The translations under genes and the position numbers were made by a program. This document shows, piece by piece, positions 63,591-64,000 of a DNA stretch of 64,000 nucleotides. How positions within the stretch are numbered: the stretch's first letter is position 1; the number at the start of each line of letters is the position of its first letter. Below the pieces are notes generated by a model. The model searched no databases, was not told where the DNA came from, and worked only from the letters and a program-made list of their open reading frames with translations. This stretch comes from Leucoraja erinacea (lineage: Eukaryota): the NCBI RefSeq assembly GCF_028641065.1, contig NC_073401.1:19220001-19284000 (forward strand), in the 5' to 3' direction.

Positions 63591-64000
63591 AGCTCCCGTG
63601 TCTGCCTTTCCAATACTGATCATGAGCTTCCTATTTACTCTTCACTCTGGATGTTTCTATTCCCCACTTACTTTTCTGGGATTTGTTATATACAATGAGC
63701 CAAATTAGATTGACCCTTGTGGTTCAACAAGATGGAAGGAGGATTCAGTACAATTGAATGTTGGAAGGAAAGCTCACCTATGTAAAAGAGCTCTCTTCAT
63801 TCTTTCCTCATCCACCCACCAAAGTACAAAATCCACAGTTCTGACTGATCTCAAGTTTGCCCATCAAAAAAAAAAAGAATATCCACTTGATAATTTTTCT
63901 CTTTTTTCCCCAGGGTGGAAATGTCCAACACTAGATGGTACAGCTATAAAGTGAAAGGGGAAAAAGAGTAATGCAGATGTGTGGGGCAAGTTATATATTT

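Overview
Vertebrate genomic DNA, most likely a cartilaginous fish (skate/ray-like; inferred from the repeat landscape and protein divergence). It contains three spliced genes that the ORF track mostly misses: (1) the last coding exon of POLE (+, 1149-1262); (2) a P2RX2 ATP-gated channel gene on the minus strand, with 11 well-supported exons from 38462 to 9511 (362 codons, phases consistent) and tentative tail exons down to about 4773; (3) a complete 8-exon MMP11 (stromelysin-3) on the plus strand (48370-63590, 494 aa). POLE and P2RX2 are tail-to-tail; P2RX2 and MMP11 are head-to-head. The rest is rich in transposons: a degenerate IR/DR Tc1 element, many CR1, L2 and Rex fragments, a young RTE-X-like LINE with a nested CR1, PIF/Harbinger MITEs, V-SINEs and Penelope-like remnants. 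The most notable observations are about a dozen Penelope-derived minimal hammerhead-ribozyme cores (including a triple tandem and fold-back insertions), a P2X2 with shortened loops next to the ATP pocket and a micro-exon-built C-tail, and a near-perfect 282-bp tandem duplication between the two promoters. There is no evidence for a CRISPR array or any prokaryotic system. All gene and repeat identifications come from manual reading and recalled homology; no database searches were run.
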